In this document: piece by piece, positions 1 to 12,455 of the stretch
How the letters are laid out: every line of letters begins with the position of its first letter
Position numbering within the stretch: the first letter of the stretch is position 1
Assembly (NCBI GenBank): GCA_965655095.1
Contig: OZ296659.1
Span: 64,790,001 to 64,854,000 of the forward strand
Length of the DNA: 64,000 nt
Reading direction: 5' to 3'
Source of the DNA: Haplodiscus bocki
Lineage: Eukaryota
Notes under the pieces: model-generated
What the model saw: only the letters and a program-made list of their open reading frames with translations
Database searches by the model: none
Told to the model about the DNA's origin: nothing
Translations under genes and position numbers: made by a program

Positions 1-582
1 TGGTAGTACGTTTTTGGAAATGCGCTAAAGTCGTTAAAAAAGACATGGTTTGTCTTTCATCAAATGAGGGAAATCATGGAGCTGTTTTCCGTCTTACTCC
101 AAATTTACCGGGTCTGGAACTTCATCAGAAGGAAAAAAGCAGCCAAATAGCCATTACAATTGCTGTCCATCAATTCTTCAATTCTTAAGTAGGCATTTAG
201 TCTTACTAAGATTTTTCGAAAAGTGAGGCGTTTCCCCCGTTGACAAGGAGCCACAATGTCTGTCAAAACGAACCAATGTCAACAAATATTCTTCCAAGTG
301 GAGTCAGTGAGTCTGAGAAATTCAATGAATAATAACAATTTCCGTTAATACCGAAACCGATAGTCCTGAAGAGAGATATCCAAGCGGAACAAGTTCTTTG
401 AAGGGTATTTTTTCAACGGTCAATCAAAAACTCAAGACGAACAAAAAACAAGTTCTGCATGATGTCTATAGTAAAAACGATAACTGCATTGGAAGGGAAC
501 AGTGAAAGATAAAACTGAGCAGCGTAAAGCATCCTGTGAACCAACCAAAACTACAAACAAGTAAACTATGGTTTCAAAGCTT

Positions 583-1290
583 CACTGTAAAACTGGCGCG
601 TGCAAACTTGCCTGCAAACGCAGGTGACTTTACATACAGTTCGCAGGTAAAAAGGTCCCACATGCAGTTTAACTGCGTTACATGCAGTTTACCTGTAAAA
701 ACAGGTAAATTTACCTGCGTCGAGGCGGCAACCACCTCGCGCAGAATACAGGCGAATTGTCTCCAGGCGCATGTAAATTTACCTGAACACCACATGCATT
801 TTACATGTAATTTTACATGCGGAACTCATGCAATTTTGCCCGCGACTAGCACGCAAAATCGCCTGCTTCTGCGGGCAAAAATACATGCATCTTACAGGCA
901 AAAACTACTAGAATCGCAGGTAAAAATACCCGCCAAACGCAGGCAAAATAACTGAAAACGCAAGAAAAAATTACCCGCACAATCGGAGGCAAAAAAACCT
1001 GCAATTCCACGCAGAATTAACTGCAATTGCAGGCAATCTGCTATCACGCCGCGAGTAAATTCACCTGCAAATTGCAGGTAAGTTAGCCTGCATCATGCAG
1101 GTGAAATTACCTCCAAATTGCGTGCTCTTTTAACTGCTATCGCGTGTATTCTGCGTGAGCTGCTTGCTGCGTAGAAGCAGTTATACTTACCTGTTTTTAC
1201 AGGTAAACTGCATGTAACGCAGGTAAATTGCATGTGGTGCCTTTTTAACCCGCGAACTGCAGGTAAAGCTACCTGCGTTCGCAGGTAATG
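583..1290. mobile_element. Palindromic non-autonomous DNA transposon (MITE/foldback, CACTG terminus, CACTA/EnSpm-like)
   Basis: Starts CACTGTAAAACTGGCGCG. 610-757 is an imperfect inverted copy of 1137-1290. Dense GCAGGTAA/TTACCTGC motifs. The right terminus appears truncated. Confidence 0.65.
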
Positions 1291-1319
1291 CAATCTTGTC
1301 GAAAATCTATTATTACTTG

Positions 1320-2390
1320 CGGGAAAGCTGGAAAGGAAGACGCACAAACATAAGAAGTAAAGTTGCAATGCAATGCTAAAGGTCACCAATCGATATTACA
1401 AAAGCCTATGGCTAAAAAGTAGAAGCATTTTTAAAGAACAGACCAGAATACCCCTCAAACTCAACATTGAAAAAATTTGATGTCGTCAAAAAAGAGTAAC
1501 AAGTGAGCAATTCTTGCAGATTTCAGTCCATGCAGATATGAAGTCGACAAAAAGAAGCATAATCCGACAAAAAACTCCAAAAAAACCCAGTCGTGGTCAA
1601 ATCACTTTTGGAACCCAATTGCAAATGTTTCCGTCGAAGTGCAATTCGAGAAACGTCAATCTAAAACCTGAAACACATCTAAAAAAACTCATTACAAAAA
1701 TGGAGGCAACTATACCCATCAATACAATGAAAAGGGAAGCTGTAACCAGTTTCCTTCATTTATGTCTGAACCATATTTGAGCATCAGGTCAAAGACATGT
1801 ATGCATCTCAAAAAGATCAAGTTTCTTTTTAGTCTTCGCAGGCCAAAGACACATGTCAGGCACGCACAGGGCCACCAACGAGCGAGTGTATCAACAAGCT
1901 CCATTAACATCATTCAAAACACAATTCTTACAGTATACGAAGTGGAATCTGAAAAGACAGTTAACCTAAAACTTGGAAAACGGATTATTTGGTTTTCAGA
2001 AGTAATCAAAGAGTTTTACCACGACTTCCAAGAAAATTAGGTTGGAAGACACAAAAAGGTAGAAAGTAAAGTTGCATTGCATTCCTAAAACTTATCAATC
2101 GATTTTGCAAAATCCTATGGCTAAAATGTACAACCATTTTTGAAGAACAGGCCAGAATACCCTTCAAACTAAACATCGAAAAAATTGGATGTCGCAAAAA
2201 CAGGAACACCATTGACAGCATATTTAATTGTGTCCACCAACATGTATCAGAACAAAAACATTACAGTAAACGGAGTGGAGCAACAAAAGACTAAGAAATT
2301 TGAAATTTGGAAAACGAACTAATTGGTTTCCAGAAGTAATCAAAGATTTGTATCATCACTATTCGCGAGAAAACTAGTTGGTAAGACGCC
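1320..2390 (+). repeat. Degenerate direct duplications
   Basis: 1320-1490 resembles 2030-2200 (GTAAAGTTGCA...CCTATGGCTAAAA...CCAGAATACCC). 1895-2050 resembles 2230-2390 (TTACAGTA...GGAAAACG...CAGAAGTAATCAAAGA). Confidence 0.6.
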
Positions 2391-3139
2391 TAATTATAAA
2401 GAAAAGTTGCTTCGGACTGATAAGTCTACTAGTTTTGCATCGGATAAAAGTTGTCATTGTGCCTTCACTTTACCAATTTTAGATTCAAGTTGCTTTAAGT
2501 TACATTTTTATGTAGTCCAATAAGATCCTTTTTCACGTTGTTTCCTCTTTAGATTTTGCTTCTATTAATTTGGGTCCCTTTTTTTATAGGCGAAACAAAA
2601 CTCCAACTGTCTTTTGCTGCTTCAGTCCTGAAAGACCGAACAAACTTCCTGCCGCAACACTTCAAGACTATTTGTTCAATCTTTCTCTTGGAAACTAGAT
2701 TTTCGAAAGTTTTAGGAGATTTTCCCCTACAAAAAACAACGCGTTCTTCGTTTTACTTATAATTCTATGTTTTTTTTTAAAAAAAAATCAGTCGTGTTCA
2801 TCGAAAACGCACTGTGTTTCAAGTGGTATTCACGACCAACTCCTACTTTTGCTGGTTATATTTCCTTCACTCAGTATGAGTGGGAAAACCGAAAAACTGA
2901 CAGCCAGTTCCCGATCATTCTGATGGTAGTGAAGACTTCTTCAGCGAGCTGTTTTTTGGATAACGGTTTGAAGAGCCACCAAGGAACAGTCCAACTTTTA
3001 TGGAACAAAATCAAATTTGAAGGGTTCACCATTGACTTCAAAGGCAACAAATGGTTACTTTGGTCAAGGTGTTTGGAACTGGATAAAAGGAAACGTCCAG
3101 AGGTTTGAAAAAATCCGCCCGGACGCGAACAATAAAAAC

Positions 3140-3304
3140 TTCATGTGAATTACCTGCGGGCGCAGGTAAATTTCCGCCAGTTACGCGCAGAAACCGCAGG
3201 CAATCGTTACCTGCGGAGATTTTTCCCTGCATCAACAGGTATTTTTACCTGCGGATCAGTTTACCTGCGGCCTTCGCAGGTAATTTTGCACGCGCCAGTT
3301 TTAC
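3140..3304 (-). mobile_element. Terminal fragment of the same GCAGGTAA-rich MITE family
   Basis: TTTGCACGCGCCAGTTTTACA (3284-3304) is the exact reverse complement of 586-606. Same internal motifs. Confidence 0.6.
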
Positions 3305-6300
3305 AAGCAAAAGTAAGATATTAAAACCTCATTGGTTGGAACAAAAGAGTCTCCCTCGTGGTACCTCTTCTGAGTCTCGAAAAAATTTTTGAACTCCTTT
3401 CGCTCCTACCATACTTTCAAGTAGAAAGCTGCCTTTTTAGAAAAAAAACATAATTTTTCCTATGAAATGATCGCAAGATGAAAGGAGGGACATACGTACG
3501 GCGCGGAGGAAGTCCTATTTGTCAAGTGGCATTAGGGTTGCTAATCTTCTCTATCTCGATTGAATAGTGCATTTAGTGCGGAAAGTGAAAGCTCAGTTTT
3601 CAACTGAGACGAACACACCCAATGGGGTTGCTCAGGTGCTTAATGAAAATATGGAAGCTTCCATCTCTGAAACCACTGTCATACAACTTTGTATCAAAAG
3701 TGACATGCTTGGGGAATTTTTTTGGAATAAAAACATCCAAACTTTTGAATTCGTTCCAATTGAGTGACTTTGTTCCCACCCACTACTGACTTCGTTCCGT
3801 TTTCTGAACTTTCAAACATGATGTCTTCTCTGAAACTTACTCTCACAGCAAGTTAACTTGATACGTATTTGTATTCGACAAACTATCTGACCTCATGAGG
3901 AGGGTTGAGAACATTTTTTTGAGCTCAATTGATTGAACACATCTATGCCAGTGTTAGGCTTTCGGTTCCCATAGAGTAGAAAACAGCGGTATTGATTCTG
4001 TGATATCAACCTAACCAAGACAATGCCCGCAGGCTGTAGAAGTGCTCCTATTGTTCCTTTTAAAATTGAAGACAAACTCTTGCTTAACAGACTGGTTTGT
4101 TACTTCTTTATTAAATTTTCATTTATTTTCATAGCCCTTGTCTACGTAGATTTCCAGCAGCAGACCTCCAAAAAGTTGACACAATGCCGTCAAGAAGTTA
4201 ACTAAAAAAATACATGGGACTGCAGGACTACGGAAAAACTATAAAATGTGAAATTGCCACTTACTGAAATTTCAATGTGAGAATGGCGGTTTTGCACCAT
4301 TCTCTAAAAATTTTCGAAAACCTTCTTGTGGGCAGTAACTGTTGGTTACTGTTTTCAACTCCAGAACAATAACTTATACTGGAGCCATGTTAAGTTTTCA
4401 GCTCGGTTATCTCGTTCCAGAAAAACAAACGGAAGTTCACAGAAAAGATCCTCGAAGGAAACTGTCAGTAGGAGAAAGACTTACGTTACCATACTCAATT
4501 TCGAAGTGAGAGGACTAGGTTGGTTTATAGGTCTGAGACTTTATTGTCACATTGATGATCTCAAATAGACATTCTTTTATGTTTAAATCCAATAAGCCAG
4601 ACAGGCAGTATCAATGTTGATAACTAACCTAAAACGGCTACATCAAAAATGCTTAAGCTTTTCGGTTGGTGATATCTTCTTCTTTCTTTCGGCTGTTGAT
4701 ATTAAAAAAGTGAATCGACAACTTTGATTTTAATATTTTTTTTGGCTTTGCTGCACTTACAATTACATCTTACCAGCGATGCAAAGGTTACCAAAACTGG
4801 AGCTTATAGTGACAGCTCGAGAAAAGTTGAAAACTGCTGTGGGTTATGGAACAATGCAACTGATAAGAGAACACTACGAAAGATTTGAAAACGTTCATTC
4901 GAATCGTTCTAACGGATGCACGGACAACACAAAGAGTTTAATAATTTAACAAAGCTTCTGGAACTATGATAAAGTGAAGTATTTTATCAGCTTCGAGGGA
5001 GTGATTGGGGTTCAGGGGATCCATGAAAGATCTATTTTATTTTCATCGGTTATAAGTGAGATAATTTCCGCAAAGTCTCAGTCCACTTTGGAAAAAATGA
5101 AGGGAGAGAAAAATGATTCTGGATTCAGATTCTCTGGGGTTTGATTGCTAAGAGGAGATTTATCCAAAGCTGGAGTTGTTGGGAAACTCATGTGGAACGT
5201 TCTAGCGAAATCCAACCGGTTACAAACATCAACTGGATTTTGGGTGAAACTGTTAACTGCAGCCACCACCCACTTTTTAAACTCGCAGTAATTTCATGTC
5301 CCATCTGTCTAAAGCAGTTAGGTTTGTTTTCGTATGTTCCAGATATTTGAGTTGAAAACTGACTAAGCTTCAGCTTGCACATATATAAAAATGTATCTTT
5401 CCAGAGTTCAAGGAGAAAAAAGATTGAATGTCTCTCATATGCGAGTTGGAATGTTTGATACAATTTGAAAAGACTAGATCAACTGAATTTCGTCACTGAG
5501 CAAGGTTATCAGTAAGCCTGCAATCAAAAAAGGTAGAAAACGGTAAGGTTTTCAGTTAAGCTACACTCCAGCAATGTGTTAAGGTTTTGTCTCGGCTCTC
5601 GGCAAAGGCCACGACAGTCAACATATAAAGATAGGCGATCACTAAGACGAGGGTGTTCGGCAATGTGTTAAGAAGGATAATGATATTTGGTTATGTCTTG
5701 CAATAGGAAATGACAATCAGTAAGGTTTTAGAATAGGCTACAGAGTTTTACAGCGTATAAAAATACGGAGTGCGAAGTAATGGCACTCTGGAACTACTTT
5801 TTAAAATAGGTTTTTCCTAAGAAATCTCTTGACATACTTGTCGCCGTCCATCGCACATGCTAGCAGTTTATTACAGCTGCGGTTAGTTTATAACGCACGC
5901 GGATAGTATTTTACACCTGCAGATACTTCATTACCCCATGTGCTTTTTTATAATCTCAAGGATTTTGCTGTTGCTCAATGATTTTGTAAAACAATGATAG
6001 TAGTGGTTAAATTGGTTGCCATTCAAATTTAGAAGCTTGGTCGGTTGTCGGTTGAAGTTGGTTTTTTTTTCAATCAAAACTTACCGAAGTTCTTGTGTCA
6101 CAGATTCTTCGCTATACGTTGACGTTTTTGATTTGCCATTTTACTAAAAATCTTGAAGATTAGGACTTTGATGATTAGACAATGTTGTTACAGTATGTAT
6201 GGACAGCTACAATTTCGTTACAAGCAATCCCTGTAAAGAGTTCCAGTTATACGGAGTACTTTGTTTATTTGTGAAGAGTATCATAGAAACTTTCTGTCTA

Positions 6301-7265
6301 CTGGACAATGTCGGCTTGCAAACCAGACTCCTAAGATTGCGTCCCATCGGACTTCTGCTATCATTTACTACTCATAGTAAAAAAGTTGAGAAGTTTGTTT
6401 GGTAAGTTGGTTGTCGTTCACTTCACGTATGAGTTTGTCAATTGCCTACGCACAATGTCCCAATTCCTATTCATGAAGCGTGTTAACAACGAAGGCTCAA
6501 CTTCCTAATGTTCTAGTGAGAGCAGTTCGTTTTAACAAACTTTTCAAAAGATTTCACTGAATGCCAGGTGTTGCTGAGAGTCACACATGAGTCAAACTTC
6601 AACAAAATGGTTCAACGTCATTGAAGACATATTTCAACAAAGGAAAACTGATTCAATTGTTTAAACTCATCATACTTACTATAATAGAAGAAATCTGACT
6701 GAGTGCTTGAGATAAATGACTGTCTTCTTTTTCAGTTAGCTTTTTTAAAAAGTAAACCTATTCCATTCAGAACTGAAAACTTGTATTAGTTAAACTTTTC
6801 CACATATGAGCCTAAACTTTCTCTGTCTTGAAGCCTGAACAAAAGTAAGTTTCGGAATCATTGGCGTTTGATTCCTAAAATGACGCTTTTTGTCATAAAA
6901 CCAAACTTTACGCCGATTTTCGTGTTCATTATAAAGCGCAAATCCCAGCTTTTGATTGAAATAAAGGTCTTATTTCCTTATGAGGCGAATTCAGTGAGAA
7001 GCCTTTCCCTTGATCTGATCTACATAGTGTCTTGCTCCCTCGACAAAAAATCAGTCAAAATTTGTGTGTTTCCCAGTATCTGTCTCTACGTGAGAGTAAA
7101 TATCTACTTTTCAACAGTTTTAATTCTTTCCTTGAATCCAGCAGAAGCAAGAGTACAGGCTCATTTTTTTTTCAAACGAACAGTCCTTACACAAAAGGAA
7201 GTGCAGTCTACCCATTTTCCTGGCAATTCCTATTGCAATTCCTGTAAACAATTCTGGTCGAACTT

Positions 7266-9125
7266 TGTCGCGTTAGACCTAACGCTAAACAACCATAACG
7301 GTAAACGTTAAACTAAAGCTTTAACGCTAAACAGTCCACACTACTACAGAGTGCTAGTCTTGAATTTACGTTACCAATAACGCTAGACGGGCATAACGTT
7401 AAAGAGTGCTAGTTCTAAATTTAGCAAGGACGTAAAAGAAATAATAATAGCAACTTACCGTTTGAAGGGATAGTTGTTGGAGAGCGGTAACAAAGTTGAA
7501 ATTGCACATTTTGAAGCTTCAAAATTTCGTTGCCATGCTTCAAACTGATAAAACGAAGCTTTTCTATTTGTAACCCCCCCGTTCTCGGATTTTGATTTTA
7601 TTGCTTCACGAAAGGCACACCTTCTTCATATTTTGACGGTTTTTGATGGATCACGATATTTGGTGCTCCTTGGCGGAAGGCTTACCGTACTTGGTCATAG
7701 CCTTGAAAAGTACGAAAACGCGGCCTTTTTGAACGCTGGCCACCAACACGAAAGCTCATAACTGACTTGATCGCCTACCGTCAACCACCACCTCCAAAAC
7801 AGCGGAATAACTGAAATTCCTAATTTTCTCTTCAAGAACTTTCAAAATTTCAAGAAAATTAAAACCTTCGAACAAAATTCCAAGTTTCTTTAAATTAGCC
7901 AAAAGTTCTTCGACGGTGGAATATTCCAACTATCCAAAGAAAAAAAGAAACTACTATTCAAAGATCAAGCGACTCAACAAAAAGAACTGCACGCGGTATA
8001 TCAAAATATACTAAAAGTATCGAACAAAATGTTAGTATCTAAAATAACTCACCCTGGTAGAGTACATCTCACCAGGAAACTTAGTATTTAAGATCGGGCC
8101 TGTTAGCATATACTCTAAAGAGGAGCTAACGGATGACCACGATCCTAAAAGGACGTGTGAGACTCAATTGAGTTCCCGAACCATAAGAGAAATTGCTCGG
8201 TGGTCCTTCCGATTGGGGTTGTGCCTTTTTTGGGCTGCCTCCATTGAAGTGAAATGATGCCGAGTCTTAGATAAAATCACTAACACTAACCCAGTCTTCG
8301 ATCAGATTCAGATGTCAGAGGCACATTGGTTCTTATTCAATGGTTTAAATTCCTAACCTAGGAGAAATCGCTCGGTTGCTACGCGTAAGCTGAGTTACCG
8401 TGTCTTAGCTACTAACCTAACACCTCTGATCGAAACTGAATTAAAGTAAAATTGACTTAGAGGATTACTTGCAAAATGAACTGTTAGAAAAGACGGATAA
8501 TTGTATTTTCCGTCCTGACGTAAACTTTTAGCAGGTTGATGGTGCTCGACGACAATTCATCTCCTATAAGGTTAGAAAAAGTATCATAACCAATGCTACT
8601 GTGATTTTACTGATTTTATATCTAATGTTCCATCGAATTAAATCGTGTGCAACAAAATTCTTTTGAAATTTGTCCTAAAAATTTAGATTTATAATTTCGT
8701 CATAAATTGTCTGGGTGTTGATAAATTTTGAACAAATAATTCTTGATAATACAGTTGCTGACTGCCTTACTTTGAATGAAAATTGAATAGAGTGAAATTT
8801 GAACTAACTTTTCTACGCTGGAACAGTACCGTCACCTTTGCCCACTCCCTACCAAGTTTACCATTATTGTATTTGGAGCCATAGATTTCTTTCAATATTA
8901 TAATTGTCAACTCTGAATAAATTCTTTGCAAATTCTTAAGCCACTTTATAGCAATCCACTAAATCCTTGCCAGCGAATTCACGCTCCACTTTTGTTCACG
9001 CGGGCCGGCAAGGCAATTTTGAGACTTAAGTTGTTTAAATAGCAACGGCTGCACACCAGGAAGTTCACAAGTGTTTGTCAATATAAGTTGGAACCAAAAT
9101 AATCCACTACAACCCCCGCGCGACA
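7266..9125 (+). repeat. 5' LTR
   Basis: TGTCGCG...CGCGACA 7-bp inverted termini. Colinear with 22746-24605 at offset 15480. AATAAA near 8916. Confidence 0.97.
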
Positions 9126-9128
9126 AAC

Positions 9129-9146
9129 TGGTGCGACCAGTGAGGC
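9129..9146 (+). promoter_or_regulatory. Primer-binding site (probably elongator tRNA-Met or tRNA-Ile(UAU) type)
   Basis: TGGTGCGACCAGTGAGGC lies 3 nt after the LTR. Its reverse complement GCCTCAC-TGGTCGC-A-CCA has tRNA 3' architecture with the GCCTCAC T-stem seen in animal Met(e)/Ile(UAU) tRNAs. Confidence 0.75.
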
Positions 9147-9376
9147 ACAAAAAAAATTTTTTGTGTGATGATGCTTTGAGTGAAGTATACGAGGTTTTTA
9201 ACTCTATTGTGCTACTTTCCCCAGGTCTGTTAATTTCAACTTTAGTCTACTTCTTAACTGTGAATTTTATGGTCACTATTGGATCTTTATTCTTGGTGCT
9301 AGTAAGATTGAATATCTTAAATCGACACCGGATTTCTCCAAGTGATCACGTACGACTTTAACTTAAGTCACTGTGG

Positions 9377-9508
9377 ACGAGACGTGACGTAATTGTGGCT
9401 CTATATTTCTTCTTTTTCACGATAGTGGCACTCCTATTGACCCCACCTTATCTTCTCGCTGTGATACGATTGGAACGAATCATAATTGGACAGAACTGTG
9501 ATTCTTAA
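9377..9508 (+). pseudogene. Accessory 43-codon transmembrane peptide, copy 1 (ACG at the start position)
   Basis: TRRDVIVALYFFFFTIVALLLTPPYLLAVIRLERIIIGQNCDS*. Same length and pattern as 9722-9853. Confidence 0.55.
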
Positions 9509-9721
9509 TATTTGGTGAACAACGACCTACCTATCCGGCTCATGAGACACCACGATTCTAACGACAATTTATTTCATTTCTTTGCAACTTGGGACACGAC
9601 TTCCTACCAGACTACGGATCTTTTTTCTTTGGGTAACGTTCTATGAGGTTGTTTCAGTAAGGCGGACCTCCTGAATTCTCAAATATTCAATTTTTTCTAA
9701 ATTTTTTATTTCAATTTCTGG

Positions 9722-9853
9722 ATGAGACAGAATTTGATCTTAATCTTGTACTTCCTGTCTCTTGCAATTCTTATTCTACTTTTGGGACCCGGATATCTTT
9801 TATCTGTAGTTCAGCTTATGCAACTGATTAAAGAACTCAACGATCATATTTGA
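9722..9853 (+). CDS. Accessory 43-aa transmembrane peptide, copy 2
   Basis: MRQNLILILYFLSLAILILLLGPGYLLSVVQLMQLIKELNDHI*. Its stop abuts the next ATG (TGAATG). Confidence 0.6.
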   Translation: MRQNLILILYFLSLAILILLLGPGYLLSVVQLMQLIKELNDHI

Positions 9854-10213
9854 ATGCCACACCCGACCCATCAAAACCCAGTTGTTTGGAATACTCTCGG
9901 TGACGACGGATTAGACGAAATACCACATTTCAACTGCCCTTGGACCATCACTACAAGTAACGAAAGTATTACTGTTAATATTATATACCTAAAGTGGACC
10001 TTCAATTACGATTTTTGGATTCGTGTGGAGATTCACCCACAAGGGAATCCCAAAGCTTTCCAATTGTTAGATATAGATGAACTCCATCCATTGTCTAAAT
10101 CTCTTGCAACGGCACTTTTGAAATACTACGAATTTCCAGAACCCCACTTAACTGATTTTCAACTTCACGTCTATGCCGAATTAATGGACCATTTGTCCTA
10201 CAAAGTCGATTGA
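9854..10213 (+). CDS. Accessory ORF upstream of gag (119 aa, 'CxW' family)
   Basis: Intact ATG ORF ending 9 nt before the gag ATG. Resembles the ORFs at 17178 and 19170. Confidence 0.7.
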   Translation: MPHPTHQNPVVWNTLGDDGLDEIPHFNCPWTITTSNESITVNIIYLKWTFNYDFWIRVEIHPQGNPKAFQLLDIDELHPLSKSLATALLKYYEFPEPHLTDFQLHVYAELMDHLSYKVD

Positions 10214-10222
10214 GCTAAAATT

Positions 10223-11620
10223 ATGGCTAACACTCATCTCGCATACCCCGATTTGGCCTTAGACAAGTTCTCTGGCACTGATCCCGACCAAGACGCAGAG
10301 TCTTTCGTCCAGCTAATAGAAAGAAAAATTAACTTCGCGTTAGGTGATGCACCTGCGGATCCGGACGATTTGGTTAGTTACACCTTCCGTAAAAAAGCAC
10401 TTCTCTCTTCTCTCCTGCGAGGACCAGCAGCAGAGTGGTACGAAAATAACATTGAGAATGCCACCACTTGGGAAGACACACGAGAACAGTTCAGAACACG
10501 ATTCTCTGATGGACGAAACAAATTCCGACATAGAATGGAAGTAGAACACTGTGTGCGAGGCGATGGAGAAGAGATCAGAAACTTTCTACATTGAATAAAG
10601 AAAATTGTGGACGAAGGATGGCCTGACGATATGGAAGGTATTAAAGAAGCAGATAGAGCTGCAGAACGTCAAGCTCAAGGGAGACAAAGAAGACAACGGT
10701 ATATTGATTATACTCTACGAGGACTCCGTCCAAGGTATCTACAAAGAAAAGCTCAAGAGTACCTGATGGAACACCCAAACCCAATTTGGAACGGTTTCTC
10801 CACAAGAATCATACAAAGAGACGTGAGTTACCAAGTTTCTTTGAATTTCCTCAATGACGAGGAACAGACCTAAGTTCAACTAGCTTCGCTAGGACAAGAA
10901 ATGAAAAATCTTCGTTCCGAGCTACAAGAACATCGAGTAAATGCACTAGAAAACCCACGTCAGCCCGATCCTAACCAAAAAGGCCGACAAAACGCCACAC
11001 GGTTTTGCAAATATTGCCGCACCAATGGACACATTCCAATATGGTGTAGAAAGAAGATTCGAGATGAAGAAATCAAAAAAGTACAGGACGGAATGATGGC
11101 TGAAAAACGCGTGACGTTCACGAATGACTATAACAAACGCCGAGGACCAAGTCATGGATCTCTGGTCAGTTTACTTACAACAATGCTGGAAACAGATATC
11201 AAGCTGGAAAGGACTTACCTGATACACAACAGTTGACCTACGATGGGCTACACAGTTCGACCCACGAAGTAATTGGGGTAATCCCACCTGAAACAACACA
11301 ATCAACTCTGGTCGTGGACGACCGTTTAATCGATATCAGAATCAGTTCACTAGACGGAATGACGACAATGATTACGGGAGCGACAACACCGGAGCCCCGT
11401 CAAGAGGCACCTGGCAGAACATTGGAACCAATCCACGTTCTCCTTCTGGTCCGAGACGAGATCCACCGCAAAATCGACAGTATCAGCCCTCGCGGTCTAG
11501 TACACCTAACAATTCAGTATTCCGACGATCCAACAGCCAAGAATCCGGCGGATTTGTCCCCTACGAACAGCGCTTCCCACGAACCAATGACCAATCTGAC
11601 TCTAATCGCTCAAGGAGTTC
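10223..11620 (+). pseudogene. gag: Gag (capsid, CCHC nucleocapsid, R/N/Q/G-rich tail), disabled
   Basis: FSG..PDQD and LLRGPAAEWY retrotransposon-gag motifs. CKYCRTNGHIPIWC zinc knuckle. Stops at 10592 and 10871, frameshifts near 11160 and 11255. Confidence 0.9.
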
Positions 11621-11693
11621 AAGACTTAGCTTTAACGTTTTCTATTTCGCCACCGGAGACGCTCAAAAAAATAGTGGACTAGAAATCGAAATT

Positions 11694-12000
11694 ATGTTAG
11701 ATACAGGAGCTTCCTGTTCAATCATCAATTATCGGACTTTTTGGGAGATCTCGCAATTCCACCATCCTATAGTAGGGCATAGGAGTAATAAACTAACAAA
11801 GACCTATTCAGGCCAAGTGGTACCGATGATCGGTTACGCCACTATGGAGTTTAGTTACGACCATAATGGTGAATATATATTCCCGTTAACTGTCTGGATC
11901 ACGGAAATGAGAACACAAAACCTCCTTGGGATGGATTTCTGTCAGAATCAAGCTTCCGGAATTCATTTAGATTTACCGGGCATTGAGCTACGGCAGCCTC
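11694..12000 (+). other. Aspartic protease domain
   Basis: MLDTGASCSII ... NLLGMDF. Confidence 0.9.
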
Positions 12001-12455
12001 CAAAAATTTTTTGTTATGGAAGTCTTCATCAAAAGAAAACATTTCCTTATGTCTTTCGAATTCTAACAGTTCGATTACCTTACACTATGCTCGTTGACGC
12101 TAAAAGCGCCAGATGTTGGAAGTACTCACCTGAGGACCCAAAGTCTGTCTTCCCGCCTGGATCAACGTTTCAACCCAACAGGGAAGCTGTGGCCACAGGT
12201 CTTATTTTCGTAAACATTATATGTACTCAGCCTGAACCGACTCTTCCAATATTAATAGAAAATAACAGAAACCATCAGATAACGCTTCCTAAGGGACGGA
12301 TCGGATTTTCGTCTTTGGATGTAGCTGACAAAGAGGAACGGAAGTATCAGATCAGGAAACCTTATGAACTGACCAATGCCAATATACAAACAGATGACAA
12401 GTACAACGATTGCTTTCTTTTACACTCGACAGTCCCCGCACAATCTCCAGATGAT

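Noticed and set aside
536-1389. ORFs 536-955, 574-795 and 1093-1389
   Set aside because: They are translations of the palindromic MITE; their shared peptide reflects the inverted repeat.
4850-5450. Possible decayed LINE reverse transcriptase
   Set aside because: Only faint echoes of DFEKAFD and QGS motifs; too degenerate to call by eye.
9127-9141. Hairpin ACTGGT-GCG-ACCAGT suggesting self-priming
   Set aside because: The 18-mer fits tRNA 3'-end architecture well, so ordinary tRNA priming is more parsimonious.
11233-11682. Listed 149-aa ORF as a separate protein
   Set aside because: Mostly an off-frame shadow of the Gag tail. Only its last ~25 codons plausibly belong to the Pol frame.
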